This document shows, piece after piece, positions 39,029 through 50,087 of a DNA stretch of 64,000 bases. The stretch's first letter is position 1. Each line of letters opens with the position of its first letter. The DNA lies in assembly GCA_963761305.1 (NCBI GenBank), contig CAVXGK010000002.1, positions 2,048,001 through 2,112,000 of the forward strand. The letters run 5' to 3'. Under the pieces are notes generated by a model, which worked only from the letters and a program-made list of their open reading frames with translations, searched no databases and was not told the DNA's origin. This stretch comes from an uncultured Gemmatimonadaceae bacterium. GTDB taxonomy: Bacteria; Gemmatimonadota; Gemmatimonadetes; Gemmatimonadales; Gemmatimonadaceae. Position numbers and translations under genes: made by a program.

Positions 39029-40045
39029 TCACTTCCCTTCGAGTCTGCCGACGAACCGCTTGATCGCCGCGAAGTAGTTCTCCGCGTCATCCCACATGTC
39101 GAAGTGCGAACCGTTGGGACAGATGGCGATGGTGACGTCCCGATCGTTCGTCATCAGGTCTTTCATGCGCTGGTAGTCGTAGGGCGGCGTGTAGTCGTAC
39201 GTCGAACCGATGAAAAGCGTCGGCACGGTGAGAGCTGCCATTGCGGTCTCGTAGTTTGTCGAGTTCATGTCCCGAGTGAGCCAGCGCATCGCGCCGGCTC
39301 TCGCGTGGTCCTTCGAGCGTTTGACCGGATCGGGCATCGGGTCGAGCCGGATGTAGTGGCGCTGAACAAAGACCGGCATCACCTTGGCCATGAGCGCCCT
39401 GAAGGCTTGGCTATTCCCCGTGCTGTTGTTCATCATGCCAAACCGGATCGAGTCCGCATACTGCCGGCCGTCCGTTAGAGATTCCGCGATATCGGCGATC
39501 AAGAGGCTCTGGTACTGCTGGTTTTGCCCGGTCGCGAAGATGGATGCGTTCGACAGGATCAACCCCTTCAGGTGCTGCCGGTACTTCGCCGCGTAGGCCG
39601 TCGCCAGCAGCGTACCCCACGAGTGACCGAGCAGGTAGAATTGGTCGAGTCCAAGTCCCTTTCGCACCTCTTCGACCTCTTCGACCATCCGTGCCACGGT
39701 CTGGAGCGAGGTGTCCCTAGGCTGATCGGACAGGTACGTGCCAAGTTGTGAGAAAACGTAGATCTCGTAGCCCGGGCCCAGATGCTCGGGAAAATTCTCG
39801 AAGTATTCGGGCGAGGTGCCTGGTCCGCCGTGGAGCAGCAGGAGCTTGATCTTGCCCTCGCCGATCCGCTGGCTCCAGAGCTTGTACTTCCCGCCCTCGA
39901 CCGGAATCATTCGCACTCCGGGAGCGTGCATCTTGGCTTCGTACACGCTGTCGGTGTTCTGCGCGAACGCAGTATCCCCGACAACACTGATGCCCACTGC
40001 GAACATCGCTGCAGCGATGCGCAGTAACCGCAGAGCGCTCGTCAT
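39029..40045 (-). CDS. Proline iminopeptidase (S33 alpha/beta hydrolase), exported
   Basis: LLHGGPG, GHSWG, NGSHF; ATGA overlap with upstream peptidase. Confidence 0.9.
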   Translation of the reverse strand: MTSALRLLRIAAAMFAVGISVVGDTAFAQNTDSVYEAKMHAPGVRMIPVEGGKYKLWSQRIGEGKIKLLLLHGGPGTSPEYFENFPEHLGPGYEIYVFSQLGTYLSDQPRDTSLQTVARMVEEVEEVRKGLGLDQFYLLGHSWGTLLATAYAAKYRQHLKGLILSNASIFATGQNQQYQSLLIADIAESLTDGRQYADSIRFGMMNNSTGNSQAFRALMAKVMPVFVQRHYIRLDPMPDPVKRSKDHARAGAMRWLTRDMNSTNYETAMAALTVPTLFIGSTYDYTPPYDYQRMKDLMTNDRDVTIAICPNGSHFDMWDDAENYFAAIKRFVGRLEGK

Positions 40046-42301
40046 GGCTTGAGGGGCTGAAACGCCGGGTGTCCGGTCTGCCAGAGCACGAAGCTCCACG
40101 TGTCGACCGCTCGCGCCAGCGCCTGTTCGTGGCTCGAAGCAATCCCGTGGCCGGCGGTGTAGTCCACTCGCAGCAACACCGGCTTTCCACTCGCCGTCGC
40201 CGCTTGTAGACGCGCCGCGAACTTGGCCGGCTCCCACGGGTCGACGCGCGGATCGTTGATTCCGGTCGTCACCAGCACGGCGGGATACTTCACGCCGTCC
40301 ATGACGTTGGCGAAAGGACTCATCGCATAGAGTGCGCGGAAGCCTGCCTCGGTCTTCGCGCTCCCGAACTCCTGGATGTTCGGGCCGCCGTTCGCTGTGG
40401 TCTCCGAACGGACCATGTCGGCGGCCGGCACGTCGGCGACCGCGGCGGCGAAGAGATCGGGGCGTTCCTCGATCGCTCGCCCGATCAGAATGCCGCCGGC
40501 ACTCCCCGCCTCGCCGGCCAGATGTGCAGGCGACGTGAATCCCTGCGCGATCAGGTACTCAGCGCACGCGATGAAGTCGCGCCACGTATTCGGTTTCGTC
40601 GCTCCCTTACCGGCCAGATGCCACTCCTCACCAAACTCGCCGCCGCCGCGCACGTGGCATGTCGCCCGCACCACGCCGAGTTCGTACTCGGCCAGTTGTG
40701 TCGGAGAGAATCCGACGATGAACGGATTCCCGTAGGCGCCATAGCCGGCGAGCAGGGTCGGATGCGATCCGTCTCGCTCGAGTCCTTTCGGATAGACGAT
40801 TGTGAGCGGCACCATCGTGCCGTCGTAGCTTCGGACCGTGACCTCGACCGACTCGATGTTCGACGGACGGTCGTTCGGGCCCTCCGGCTGCAGCTTCGTG
40901 TCTATTAGCCGGCGCGTTTGGGGATCGTAAGCGTAGATGCCGGATTCCGCCGTGGGTGTAGCGAGCTCCACCAGGGCACCGTCTACGGTTGCGTCGGCGG
41001 TCGCGAACGTTTGGGCGGTCGCAAAGACCGTCAGGTATTCGGCCCGCGGATGCGAACCGAATGGCACCCGGAGCACTCGATTGATGCCCCCGTCCAGCAC
41101 GCCCAAGTACAGCGCGTCCGCGGCTGGGTCGAGGTTTTGAATGACCGCTTCACTCGCGGGAACGACTACCTCCGCCGCGGCGAGATCGGGATGGCGCGCG
41201 TCGGTGCGAAGGACTTGATAGTGCGATGCATTCTTGAAGCTGAGCAGGTAGAGGTCGTCGCCGTGTACCGTCGCATCCGCGACCTGGTCGGCGAAGCCGA
41301 CCACCTTGCGCCACTGAACGTCGGGCGTGCCGATTGCGTCAATCGGCGCAACGTAGAACTCGTGGCCGGGCGACGTTCCGTTGCGGAGCGACGCCACGGC
41401 GTACCGCGACACGACTTCCACATCGGCGGAGTACGTCGAGTCCACGGTGATGGACGGGATCACGCCGTAGCCGAAGACCGCGTGGTCTTGCCGCTCGTCA
41501 GTTCCCATCACGTGCCAATAGCTGCGCTCCTTCTGTTCGCGTGCAGTCCGCGGCGCGTTGGCGGGAAGATCCTGATGTCTGGTATAGAAGAATGAACGGC
41601 TCCCCGGCAGCCAGCTCACCCAGCCGTCGCCGTGCAGGAGCACGTCACCTGTTTCGGATCCGGTCGCGGTCGCGATGACGTGCAATCTCGTTATTCTGCT
41701 CCGCGCCCCCCGGCGTGATGCCGAGCGCGACGTATCGACTGTCGTCCGAGATCGTGACGACTTCAATGGTGGTCGGGCCCCTGCCCCGGTTCGAGGGAGC
41801 GAGGGAGATCGTGGTCGGATCGACGAGCAATCGCTCACGGCCATCGAGACCGTCACGTTCATACAGCTTGGTGACGTTTTCCCCCGCGAGTCGCTTGAGG
41901 TAGAAATATCTGTCGCCCGGCCGTCGCCAAAAATTGACGACCACGGCGCGCTGTGCCGAGTCGAGCTGTCGCAGTCGGGCGAGTAGAGCGTCGCGGCCAG
42001 GAAGCGCGCTCAAGACGGCGTGTGTATAGTCGGCCTGGGCTTTCATCCATTGCTGGACTTCAGGGTTCTTCAAATCCTCGAAGTAGCGATAATTGTCGAC
42101 GACCTTCGTACCGAAGTAGGCGTCCGTCACTGGCCGGACGGCTGCCATCGGCGGTGGACGCAGGCGAGCGGAGTCCTGCGCCCGTACACTCGGGACGCCG
42201 AGGCCGAGTGCCAGCACGAACGGAATGACTGACCAACGACCGCGCGGAATGGCCGACCGCGATCGATGTGTCACTGGCCGATAACCGAACGAAATTCGCA
42301 T
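40042..42301 (-). pseudogene. Prolyl oligopeptidase (S9A) with one frameshift near 41690 (pseudogene or sequencing error)
   Basis: FGTKVVDNYRYFED in one frame; YGAYG, RGGGEFG, GSAGG, NDPRV, AGHG in another. Confidence 0.88.
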
Positions 42302-42356
42302 CGACTCCTCCTCAGCACAGCGCACGGTTGTAGAGCATTGTCTACGGACGCCTCGA

Positions 42357-42836
42357 TCAGCTCTTCTTGTAGGATGAGGTCATTGTTACGGGATTGCCGC
42401 CGCCCGGTGGCTGCAGGTTGACCACGACCACGAGGTGTCCCGAGGCGTCGAGCGAACATGCATATGTCGCGGGGACGCTCATGCCGTTTGACTGGCGGAT
42501 CATCGTTGCGACGAACGTCGAGCCATCCCATTTGCCGCGCGTGACGACCTCAGACGGGTTTCCGTCGCCGTCCGTCGTCATCGCCTGGCTGTCGGTGCCG
42601 TCGATGTTGAAGACGAACTTCGCACCGTCCCCGCCCGTGTCCACCATCGTCATCGCCTTGGAGTCTTGCGCGATCGTCATCGAAAGCCGCGTCGCGCCAC
42701 GACCGCCTGCCGTCGCCGGGGCATTCGGGTCGACGATTGGAGTCCACGTGCCGGCGAAGTTCGGCGTCTGGCCGCTGAGGCTCGCGGCGCCGACGACCAA
42801 CGCCGCCGCGGCCAGACAGAATGCTTTATATCGCAT
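42357..42836 (-). CDS. Secreted lipocalin-like hypothetical protein
   Basis: Signal peptide, PNFAGTW, KWDG, terminal YKKS. Confidence 0.82.
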   Translation of the reverse strand: MRYKAFCLAAAALVVGAASLSGQTPNFAGTWTPIVDPNAPATAGGRGATRLSMTIAQDSKAMTMVDTGGDGAKFVFNIDGTDSQAMTTDGDGNPSEVVTRGKWDGSTFVATMIRQSNGMSVPATYACSLDASGHLVVVVNLQPPGGGNPVTMTSSYKKS

Positions 42837-42881
42837 GGGAACGCTCCGTCTTTGATCAAGGTTGTTGAATGATTGGCGAGG

Positions 42882-43991
42882 TCACAGCCGCGAGCAGATC
42901 GCGGCCAGCAGCGCCTTCGCCTTTTCGTAGTCCGCCGACTGGAGTCCCATGCCGACGAACACGTCGTGCCGCACCGCGATGAGTTGCGTGCCGTGGAGGA
43001 GCGACGCGTTGTCCCACGGGCCGGCGAGTGTGGTATCGGTCCGGAAGCCGACTGTCGATGCGGCACCCGACGCCTTCCCCTTGGCCGCGGAGCCGCCGAC
43101 CATCTTCATCAAACCACCGATCATCCCCTGCATCTGCGGCGGCGGCTTCATGGTGTCCAACGGAGAGCTCGACGGCGTGCCCATCGCTTCGGACACGGTT
43201 GCCATCTGGTGCTTGAGCATTGTGTAGTTCTTCTGGCCGCCCTGCCAAACGAACTCCACGGCGTAGTCGCGTTCGCCTTGCGCCGTCGCCACCCGATAGG
43301 TGCACGAGGTTTCTGGCGCGTCGGAGGTGGGTGCGCCGGCAAGCGGCCCGATCGCCGCTTCGATGTCCGCGCGCGGAATGAGGTCGCACGCCTTGGCGGG
43401 ATGTGGGCGCGGCTTCGGAACGAGAGCCACGGCCTTGGCGCCATCATATGAAAGCGGATGGTCGAAGCGCGGCATGATGATTCTCGCCAGCGCGATCGCA
43501 TCGTCCTCCTTGCCGCTCGCGCCACTCACGTCGACCTGCGCCGACCGCGCGCCCTTTGAGGCGAACAGTGAACCACCGGGAATCCACGTGGCCTTGTCCC
43601 ACGGACCGGCGGCTTCGGCCTTCACCACGCGGTGAGCCATCGTGTCGCCACCGGTGCCGCCGCTGGCCTTGTTCAGTGCGCCGCCCACAATGCCGGCCGC
43701 GCCCTGCACGGATGAGCCCGCGGTGGTTCCACCGCCGCTCCAGTCTGGCACGACCGTGATCTGGCGCCCGTCCTTGCCACGGTACATACACTGATCGCCG
43801 CGGACGTCGGCCGCGCCGTCGCTCGCGCGGTACGGGGGCGTGGCCAACGGTCCGACGTACGGCACGGCCTCGTTCGCCGACAGCAATGCGCATGGATCTT
43901 GGGCCTGGGCGCTCGAACAGGCGGCCAGCCCGGCGAAGCTCCCGACGGCGAGCACAGACCCGAACATCCTTCTGGCGCGAGCGAGCGACAT
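42882..43991 (-). CDS. Hypothetical lipoprotein with two Cys-paired repeated domains (DUF3558-like)
   Basis: LAAC lipobox; DPCALL..QCMY and KACDLI..SCTY; GPWDKA/GPWDNA. Confidence 0.78.
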   Translation of the reverse strand: MSLARARRMFGSVLAVGSFAGLAACSSAQAQDPCALLSANEAVPYVGPLATPPYRASDGAADVRGDQCMYRGKDGRQITVVPDWSGGGTTAGSSVQGAAGIVGGALNKASGGTGGDTMAHRVVKAEAAGPWDKATWIPGGSLFASKGARSAQVDVSGASGKEDDAIALARIIMPRFDHPLSYDGAKAVALVPKPRPHPAKACDLIPRADIEAAIGPLAGAPTSDAPETSCTYRVATAQGERDYAVEFVWQGGQKNYTMLKHQMATVSEAMGTPSSSPLDTMKPPPQMQGMIGGLMKMVGGSAAKGKASGAASTVGFRTDTTLAGPWDNASLLHGTQLIAVRHDVFVGMGLQSADYEKAKALLAAICSRL

Positions 43992-44112
43992 GATCCTCTC
44001 CGGTTGATGGCGCGGTCAATGACTTCCGCCAACGTACCGGGCGCGTGTCGCGCCGCCGTCGCTTCAACGTTTGTTGGTGGGCGACGATGCGAACCCGTAC
44101 ATTCGCACGTGC

Positions 44113-46707
44113 ATGATCGAGCTTAGCCTGCTGGGGCCTCACGTCATCCGCGCCTCGGACGGACGGGAGATCACGTCGTTGCCGGCGCAACCGAAGCGGT
44201 TCGCGCTGCTCGCGTATCTAGCGCTCGGTAGCGGCGGCTACCGCCGTCGCGACACGCTCGCCGCCATGTTCTGGCCCGACCTGGACCAGTTCGCCGCCCG
44301 TCGCGCCCTAAGGAATACGCTTTATCATTTGCGTGAAGCGGTCGGTGACGACGTGATCATCACTCGCGGGGACGACGCGGTGTCGATCAACGGCGCCGTG
44401 CTTACCACCGACGTCACCCGGCTCGGCGAGGCCGTCGACGCCGGCCGTCACGAGGATGCAGTCGCAGCATACCGGGGCGAATTGCTAGCCGGGATCCATT
44501 TCGCGAACGCCGGCGAGGCCTTTGAGGAGTGGCTCACCGGCGAGCGACGGCGCGTTACCGAGCTGGCGGTGCGCGCGGTCGAGGCGCTGGTCCAGCGAGA
44601 CGAACAAGCGGGCAACTTCGCTGGCGCGGCGTATTGGGCGCAGCGGGCGTGCAGCCTGACGCCCGGTGACGAACATTGGCTGCGTCGCGCGATGACCCTG
44701 CTCGACCGGGGGAGCGACACCGGCGGCGCCCTTCATACATATGAAGCGTACGCGCGGCGGCTCGCCGCGGACTTCGAGGCGACGCCCAGCGCCGAGACCC
44801 AAGCTCTCGCGGCACGCGTTCGCGACGGCACACATAAGCCGATCCCGAGCCAGCCCGCAGTTCTGCCGGCGACTACGGCGGTAAGCGAAGACGTGACGCA
44901 ACGCGCACCGCCGGCGGCGGCGATGATCGCACCCGCGCCCAGCGTTTCGGTGCCGGGCCCGCGATACCGGCGGCGCATCGCGATCTGGGGCGGGGGCGGC
45001 ATGCTCATCGCGATCATCGCGATCGGCATCGCTGTGGCGCGGCGGATCGACGCACGAGCGGAGGGTGTGGTCGCCGGGAGGAAGCGGGTGCTCGTCACAG
45101 TGTTCGATAACCGAACCGGCGACACCACGCTGCAATCTCTGGGGCGGATGACCCAGGACTGGATCGCGCAGGGAATCCTGCGAATGCACCTCGTCGACCT
45201 CGTCGATCCTCGAGCGGTCTTCGTGCAAAGTCGCTCCGCCGCCGGCGCTGCGGTCGATCCTGTCACGTTGGCACGCCGCACCGGTGCCACGATGGTGATC
45301 TCCGGCAGCTACTATCGCACCGGCGACACGCTGCTGCTGCAGGCGTCGGTGATGGATGTGCATGCCGGGCGGATCCTGCGCGTCATAGGACCGATTCTGT
45401 CGAGCGCCGAGACTCCGGTCGCCGGACTCGATGAGCTGCGATCACGAGTCATGACGGCCCTCAGCTCGGTCATCGACGTGCGAGCGACCCAGAGCCTCAA
45501 GGACGCCGGGGAGATTCCAACCTTCGACGCGTATCAGGCGTACGTCGAAGGTTGGGATGCCTATTGGCACAACGACCCCCGCCGCGCAAAATCGCTTTTC
45601 CTTCGCGCGGCTCGCCAAGACACGGCGTTTGCCGCCGCGTCGATCGCCGCTTCAGTGGCGGCAGCCAACTCCAACGACTGCCCGCTGGTGGATTCGATCG
45701 TCGGCGCGCTCAATGGCCGGCCGCAGCTGATCGATCGGGTCGATCGCCTCTCGCTGCAGATCGCGACGGCGCATTGCCACGGTCGGAACGACGAGACGCT
45801 TCGCTTGGCGCTCGAGCGTGCGGACCTCGAATCGAACACGTCATCCGATGTGATTTCGGTCGCCGCTGCCGCGCTCTGGGCAAACCGCCCTCAGTTGACC
45901 GTGAAACTGCTGCTACGCCTCAACCCCGCGGTCGATCTCGCCTGGAGCACCGACACGACGCACTTCGACTATTGGAGCAGCCTGACCGAGGCATACCATC
46001 TCCTCGGTCGCCATCGCGACGAGCTCGCCGTCGCCGACCGCGCGCCGCTCGGCGCGCCGCTCAACCGCGCCTGGATGCGAGCCCGCGCGCTCGCCGCACT
46101 CTCCCGCCCCACTGCGGTGCTCGCGCTCTTGGACAGCGCCATGCTGCTACCAGTCGAGACGGCCAACTTCATCGGTCTGGCTCCATTCACGAACGGCCGA
46201 CCGCAGTACTCGGCGACGCCGGCGTGGGTCGCCAATTGGACCGCGGACGAGCTCGCGGTACATGGCGACACCGTCGCGGCGCGCCAGGCCGCGATGCGCG
46301 CGATCACCTGGTACCGCGGCCGCCCGCTCGAAGAGCGAGGCACGATCGAGGAACGCCTCGTTGCCACCTGGTCGCTCGAGATCCTCGGCAACTATCGCGA
46401 TGCCGAGGAACTGGCCGCGCAACTGGCCGCTGAGGATTCTGCCAACGTCGATTATCGCGGTGAACTTGCTGGACTGGCGGCTGAACGCGGCGACACCGCG
46501 CTCGCCGATTCGCTGGACCGGTGGCTCGCCGCACAGCCGCGCAGCCGCGTCGCCTGGAGCGCGGCCGTGTACCGGGCCAGGGTGGCGGCGCTCCTGGGCC
46601 GACGCGACGCCGCGACGGCGCGGACGCGCGAAGCCATCGACGACGGCGCGTGGCCACTGTGGATCCATATTGATTCCGCTTTGACGGTTCTGCGCCGCGG
46701 ACCGTGA
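44113..46707 (+). CDS. SARP/BTAD-domain transmembrane regulator with TolB_N-like and TPR-like region
   Basis: LPAQPKRFALLAYL, RRDTLAAMFWP, YRGELL, FEEWL, PSAET; central TM helix. Confidence 0.9.
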   Translation: MIELSLLGPHVIRASDGREITSLPAQPKRFALLAYLALGSGGYRRRDTLAAMFWPDLDQFAARRALRNTLYHLREAVGDDVIITRGDDAVSINGAVLTTDVTRLGEAVDAGRHEDAVAAYRGELLAGIHFANAGEAFEEWLTGERRRVTELAVRAVEALVQRDEQAGNFAGAAYWAQRACSLTPGDEHWLRRAMTLLDRGSDTGGALHTYEAYARRLAADFEATPSAETQALAARVRDGTHKPIPSQPAVLPATTAVSEDVTQRAPPAAAMIAPAPSVSVPGPRYRRRIAIWGGGGMLIAIIAIGIAVARRIDARAEGVVAGRKRVLVTVFDNRTGDTTLQSLGRMTQDWIAQGILRMHLVDLVDPRAVFVQSRSAAGAAVDPVTLARRTGATMVISGSYYRTGDTLLLQASVMDVHAGRILRVIGPILSSAETPVAGLDELRSRVMTALSSVIDVRATQSLKDAGEIPTFDAYQAYVEGWDAYWHNDPRRAKSLFLRAARQDTAFAAASIAASVAAANSNDCPLVDSIVGALNGRPQLIDRVDRLSLQIATAHCHGRNDETLRLALERADLESNTSSDVISVAAAALWANRPQLTVKLLLRLNPAVDLAWSTDTTHFDYWSSLTEAYHLLGRHRDELAVADRAPLGAPLNRAWMRARALAALSRPTAVLALLDSAMLLPVETANFIGLAPFTNGRPQYSATPAWVANWTADELAVHGDTVAARQAAMRAITWYRGRPLEERGTIEERLVATWSLEILGNYRDAEELAAQLAAEDSANVDYRGELAGLAAERGDTALADSLDRWLAAQPRSRVAWSAAVYRARVAALLGRRDAATARTREAIDDGAWPLWIHIDSALTVLRRGP

Positions 46708-46822
46708 ACGCTCTACGGCGTCAGAACGCGCCGAGCACGGCGCCGCGACTACGTAACACCACGTATACCAACATTCGGAGCACGAGCGCACGCTTCACGC
46801 TGCCACCATCAGCGGAAGGGCT

Positions 46823-47389
46823 ATGCGCACGACGCCACGTTTTCGCACGACGGCAATTCAAGATCTCGCACGCCGACGGCTCCGGACGGCAAGCTTGGTC
46901 GCAACCCTCAGCCTTCTGTCCGCGTGCCTGGCTTCTCCTCGGCCGTGGGCTCCCGGCGACGGTCAACTCATCGCGCCGCGGGACTCGGCGGCTCTCGCGT
47001 ATGAGACGGGCCGCCGAGACGGTCTGCTCCAGCGCCGACGCACCGCGGCCGGGGCCACTTCGTTCATCGTTCCCGTCGCGCTGACGCTTGGCCTATTCGT
47101 CCGGCGCCCGGGCACCAACTCTTGGGTCACCCCCGCCAGCATCGTGGCGGTAGCGGCCGGCGGCGCCCTTTGGGACTACCGAGAGACCCAGCAGCCAATT
47201 CCCGCGCCGCCTGACTCCATGCGGGCGCGGTACGGACTGACCGATCCACGACTGTGGACCAGCTACAACGACGGATTCCGGAAGGAGATCGAGGAGCGGC
47301 GACAGGCCGACCTCACGCGGAGTTCCAAGTCGGCGTTGTTGACCGCGATCATATTCGGTGGGACGTACGCCGCGCTGCACCGCCGCTGA
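46823..47389 (+). CDS. Hypothetical membrane protein or lipoprotein
   Basis: GGAAGGG RBS, LSAC, hydrophobic segments. Confidence 0.65.
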   Translation: MRTTPRFRTTAIQDLARRRLRTASLVATLSLLSACLASPRPWAPGDGQLIAPRDSAALAYETGRRDGLLQRRRTAAGATSFIVPVALTLGLFVRRPGTNSWVTPASIVAVAAGGALWDYRETQQPIPAPPDSMRARYGLTDPRLWTSYNDGFRKEIEERRQADLTRSSKSALLTAIIFGGTYAALHRR

Positions 47390-47405
47390 CGTCGGGCTCA
47401 GCGTG

Positions 47406-47780
47406 TCATTGCCAACGGCCGTCGACGTAGTACCAGCCGTGACGATCGAACTCCCACTGTCCCGGAATCCAGTCGTGAGTCTTGGGCTTCGGTTTCTCCC
47501 AGCTGCCGTTGACCCACTCGAAGTCGTCGTTCTGCCAGCGCCAGTGCCCGCTGACCCACACGTAGCTGGCGTCCGGTGCATCCGGGATCACTTCGATGGG
47601 TGTCGACGACGGTGGCTCGCGCCCGGCATACGCGACTTTCCCGTACTGCCACTCGCTCCAGTGCGGAAACGCGTCGTATCCGGGTGAGCCCCAGTGGGGC
47701 CAACCATAAAAGGCGCAGCCGCCGAGCGCGCCGGTGGCGACGAGGCCGGCACAAAGTCGCAGCATCAAGACTCGTTTCAT
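47406..47780 (-). CDS. WXXGXW-repeat lipoprotein (paralog of 14139-14459)
   Basis: MKRVLMLRL, LGGC, WVSGHW, WVNGSW, WIPGQW. Confidence 0.88.
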   Translation of the reverse strand: MKRVLMLRLCAGLVATGALGGCAFYGWPHWGSPGYDAFPHWSEWQYGKVAYAGREPPSSTPIEVIPDAPDASYVWVSGHWRWQNDDFEWVNGSWEKPKPKTHDWIPGQWEFDRHGWYYVDGRWQ

Positions 47781-47993
47781 TCCCTCTCCCCCCTTCACGT
47801 TCACACCGCCAAATGGCAAGGAAGGGGCACGGACGCGCGAAGCGCCGGTGTTCTCGTGCGGTCACGCCCCGCTCGCCAGCGATCCGTTGCCACTCGAGGC
47901 CGGTGATCGTAACATGGGGTATACCCCGTAAGTCAACGGATCGCGCAAGAGGGCGGGGCGTACCGCTCTCCATGGTCTTGAACGGAGGCCACC

Positions 47994-48593
47994 ATGCCGT
48001 CGCAAATCGGAACACTCTCGCGGGTCGCTGCCCTCACCCTCATCGGCGTCACGGCCTGTCACCATGCGGCGCCGACACCGGCGACGACACCGGCATTCAC
48101 CACCAGCCGCGCCACAGGCGACGATCGCGCGGCCCGTGACCGCGCGGCGCTCGACGCCGCACGGCGCGATTCGATCGCGCGCGCCGACAGTCTCCGGCGA
48201 GCGGCGGCGGCGGCGCTTGCCGCCGAGGACGCCCGACGGGCGCTGCTCCAGCCGGTCCACTTCGACTTCGATCGCGACGAGATCCGCCCGAGCGAGACGC
48301 CGTTGCTGGAGCGCAAAGTCGCGATTCTCCGCGACAACCCGAGGGTTCAGATTCGCATCGAAGGAAACGCCGACGAGCGGGGGTCGGACGAGTACAACCT
48401 CGCGCTCGGGATGCGGCGCGCTGCCGCCGTTGAGCGCTTCATCGAGGAACACGGCATTCTGACCAGCCGCATGTCCATGGCGTCGAACGGTCGCGAGCGG
48501 CCGATGTGCGCCACGCACGAGGAGCCGTGCTGGAATCTCAACCGTCGCGACGACGTCGTGATCGCCGCGGCCGGCGACCATCTCGTGCCGTGA
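47994..48593 (+). CDS. pal: Pal/OmpA-C-like peptidoglycan-associated lipoprotein
   Basis: VHFDFD, EGNADERGSDEYNLALGMRRA, NRR; not in a tol cluster here. Confidence 0.88.
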   Translation: MPSQIGTLSRVAALTLIGVTACHHAAPTPATTPAFTTSRATGDDRAARDRAALDAARRDSIARADSLRRAAAAALAAEDARRALLQPVHFDFDRDEIRPSETPLLERKVAILRDNPRVQIRIEGNADERGSDEYNLALGMRRAAAVERFIEEHGILTSRMSMASNGRERPMCATHEEPCWNLNRRDDVVIAAAGDHLVP

Positions 48594-48689
48594 CCGCGCC
48601 ACCCGCTACCTTGCCGCCCTCTGGTCACGTGTTCATGTTCCGGCAGCACCGTCATCACTGGCTACCGTATCTCGTTCCCAGGAGCAGAC

Positions 48690-50087
48690 ATGCGCCGGTT
48701 CGTCCCTGCCGCTCTCATTGCCCTTACCGCCACGCTGGCTCGAGCCCAGGACCCCGGCGTCGCTCCCAAGCCGTTCGACCAGAAGCACGCCGGGAACGAC
48801 AAAATGCACATGGTCGCGCACGTCCCCGGACACCCGGGTGCGTGGAAGGCGTCGGACATCGAACTCGAGCAAGACCCTGACCGGCCGTACGTCTATCTCT
48901 GCGGATTCACCAACTTCGACGTCCAGATCTACGACATCCGCAACACGTCGGCGCCGAAGCTCGTCTATACCTGGACCATCGAGAACCCCGAGTTGCACCG
49001 CGGCATCGGCGCGATGGACGGCAAGTATTTCAAGATCGGAAGCAGGTACTACTACGCGCAGTCGTACCAGTTCATGCAGGGGAGCCCCGATACCGACCTC
49101 GGCGCCGTCATCTTCGACGTGACCGGGCTGCCCGATCCCACGAAGGTCAAAGTCGTCGCGCGCATTCGCTATCCGCAGTCGCCGGGTGGATTCCACAACA
49201 CCTTCGCGTACAAACATTCCGACGGCCGCGTCCTGTACTTCGCGACGATCAACCAGTCGAAAGCACTCATCTACGATTTGGCGAAGGTCGTGAGCGGTGC
49301 GCCCGAGAACACGTGGCTCGTCGGCGAGGTCCCGAATCCGACGCCGTTCCGCCAGATCGGCGGCGGCGGATACCACGACTTCTACGTCGGCTACGACCCG
49401 GCCACGCACCAGGACAAGTTCTACGGCGCGGGACTCGGCGGATACTCCGTGTGGGACGTCACGAGCACCGCGACGCCGAAACAGTTGTTCACGATCACGA
49501 GTCTCGGCATGGACATCGCCCACACGTTCACGCCGTCGCCCGACGGGCACTACGCCGTCACGGAGACCGAATATCAGTACACGCCCCTCCGCATCTGGGA
49601 CCTGAGCGCCGGCCAGTCGGGCAAGACGCAGAACATCGACATTCCGATCGGCGCGTGGACCGCCGACTGGCGCGACCTCTCGCACAATCACGAGGTACGC
49701 TGGCCGTACGTGTTCGTGTCGGCGTACGAGGACGGGCTCCAGGTGTTCGACCTCAAGGACCCGAAGAATCCCAAGACCGACGGCTACTGGTACACGTGCG
49801 AATGCGAGCACGAGCACGGCTTCGGCGGCACGCCCGACAACGGCTGGCAGAGCACGACGAGCGTCGAGCAAGGCGCGTTCGGCGTCGACGTGCGCAATTA
49901 TGACGGATTGATCGTTCTCTCCGACATGCGCAGCGGGCTTTGGCTGTTCAAGCTCGACGGCTTCAACGGCTGGAACGGCCACGACTACGGAATGCCGAAC
50001 ATCTCGAGCGTTCAGGATTACGACCACGGTCCGGAAGGGGCCGGCAAGCGAGTCGTCCCGCACGACGACGGCACGCACAAGCAGTGA
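48690..50087 (+). CDS. Secreted LVIVD-repeat-like beta-propeller with His-rich blades
   Basis: Signal peptide; GFHNTF, YHDFYV, IAHTF, SHNHEV, SAYEDGLQVFD. Confidence 0.78.
   Translation: MRRFVPAALIALTATLARAQDPGVAPKPFDQKHAGNDKMHMVAHVPGHPGAWKASDIELEQDPDRPYVYLCGFTNFDVQIYDIRNTSAPKLVYTWTIENPELHRGIGAMDGKYFKIGSRYYYAQSYQFMQGSPDTDLGAVIFDVTGLPDPTKVKVVARIRYPQSPGGFHNTFAYKHSDGRVLYFATINQSKALIYDLAKVVSGAPENTWLVGEVPNPTPFRQIGGGGYHDFYVGYDPATHQDKFYGAGLGGYSVWDVTSTATPKQLFTITSLGMDIAHTFTPSPDGHYAVTETEYQYTPLRIWDLSAGQSGKTQNIDIPIGAWTADWRDLSHNHEVRWPYVFVSAYEDGLQVFDLKDPKNPKTDGYWYTCECEHEHGFGGTPDNGWQSTTSVEQGAFGVDVRNYDGLIVLSDMRSGLWLFKLDGFNGWNGHDYGMPNISSVQDYDHGPEGAGKRVVPHDDGTHKQ

Noticed and set aside
42330..42345. GTAGA-N6-TCTAC palindrome as another PadR site
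   Set aside because: Spacing differs from the site before PadR; a single short instance
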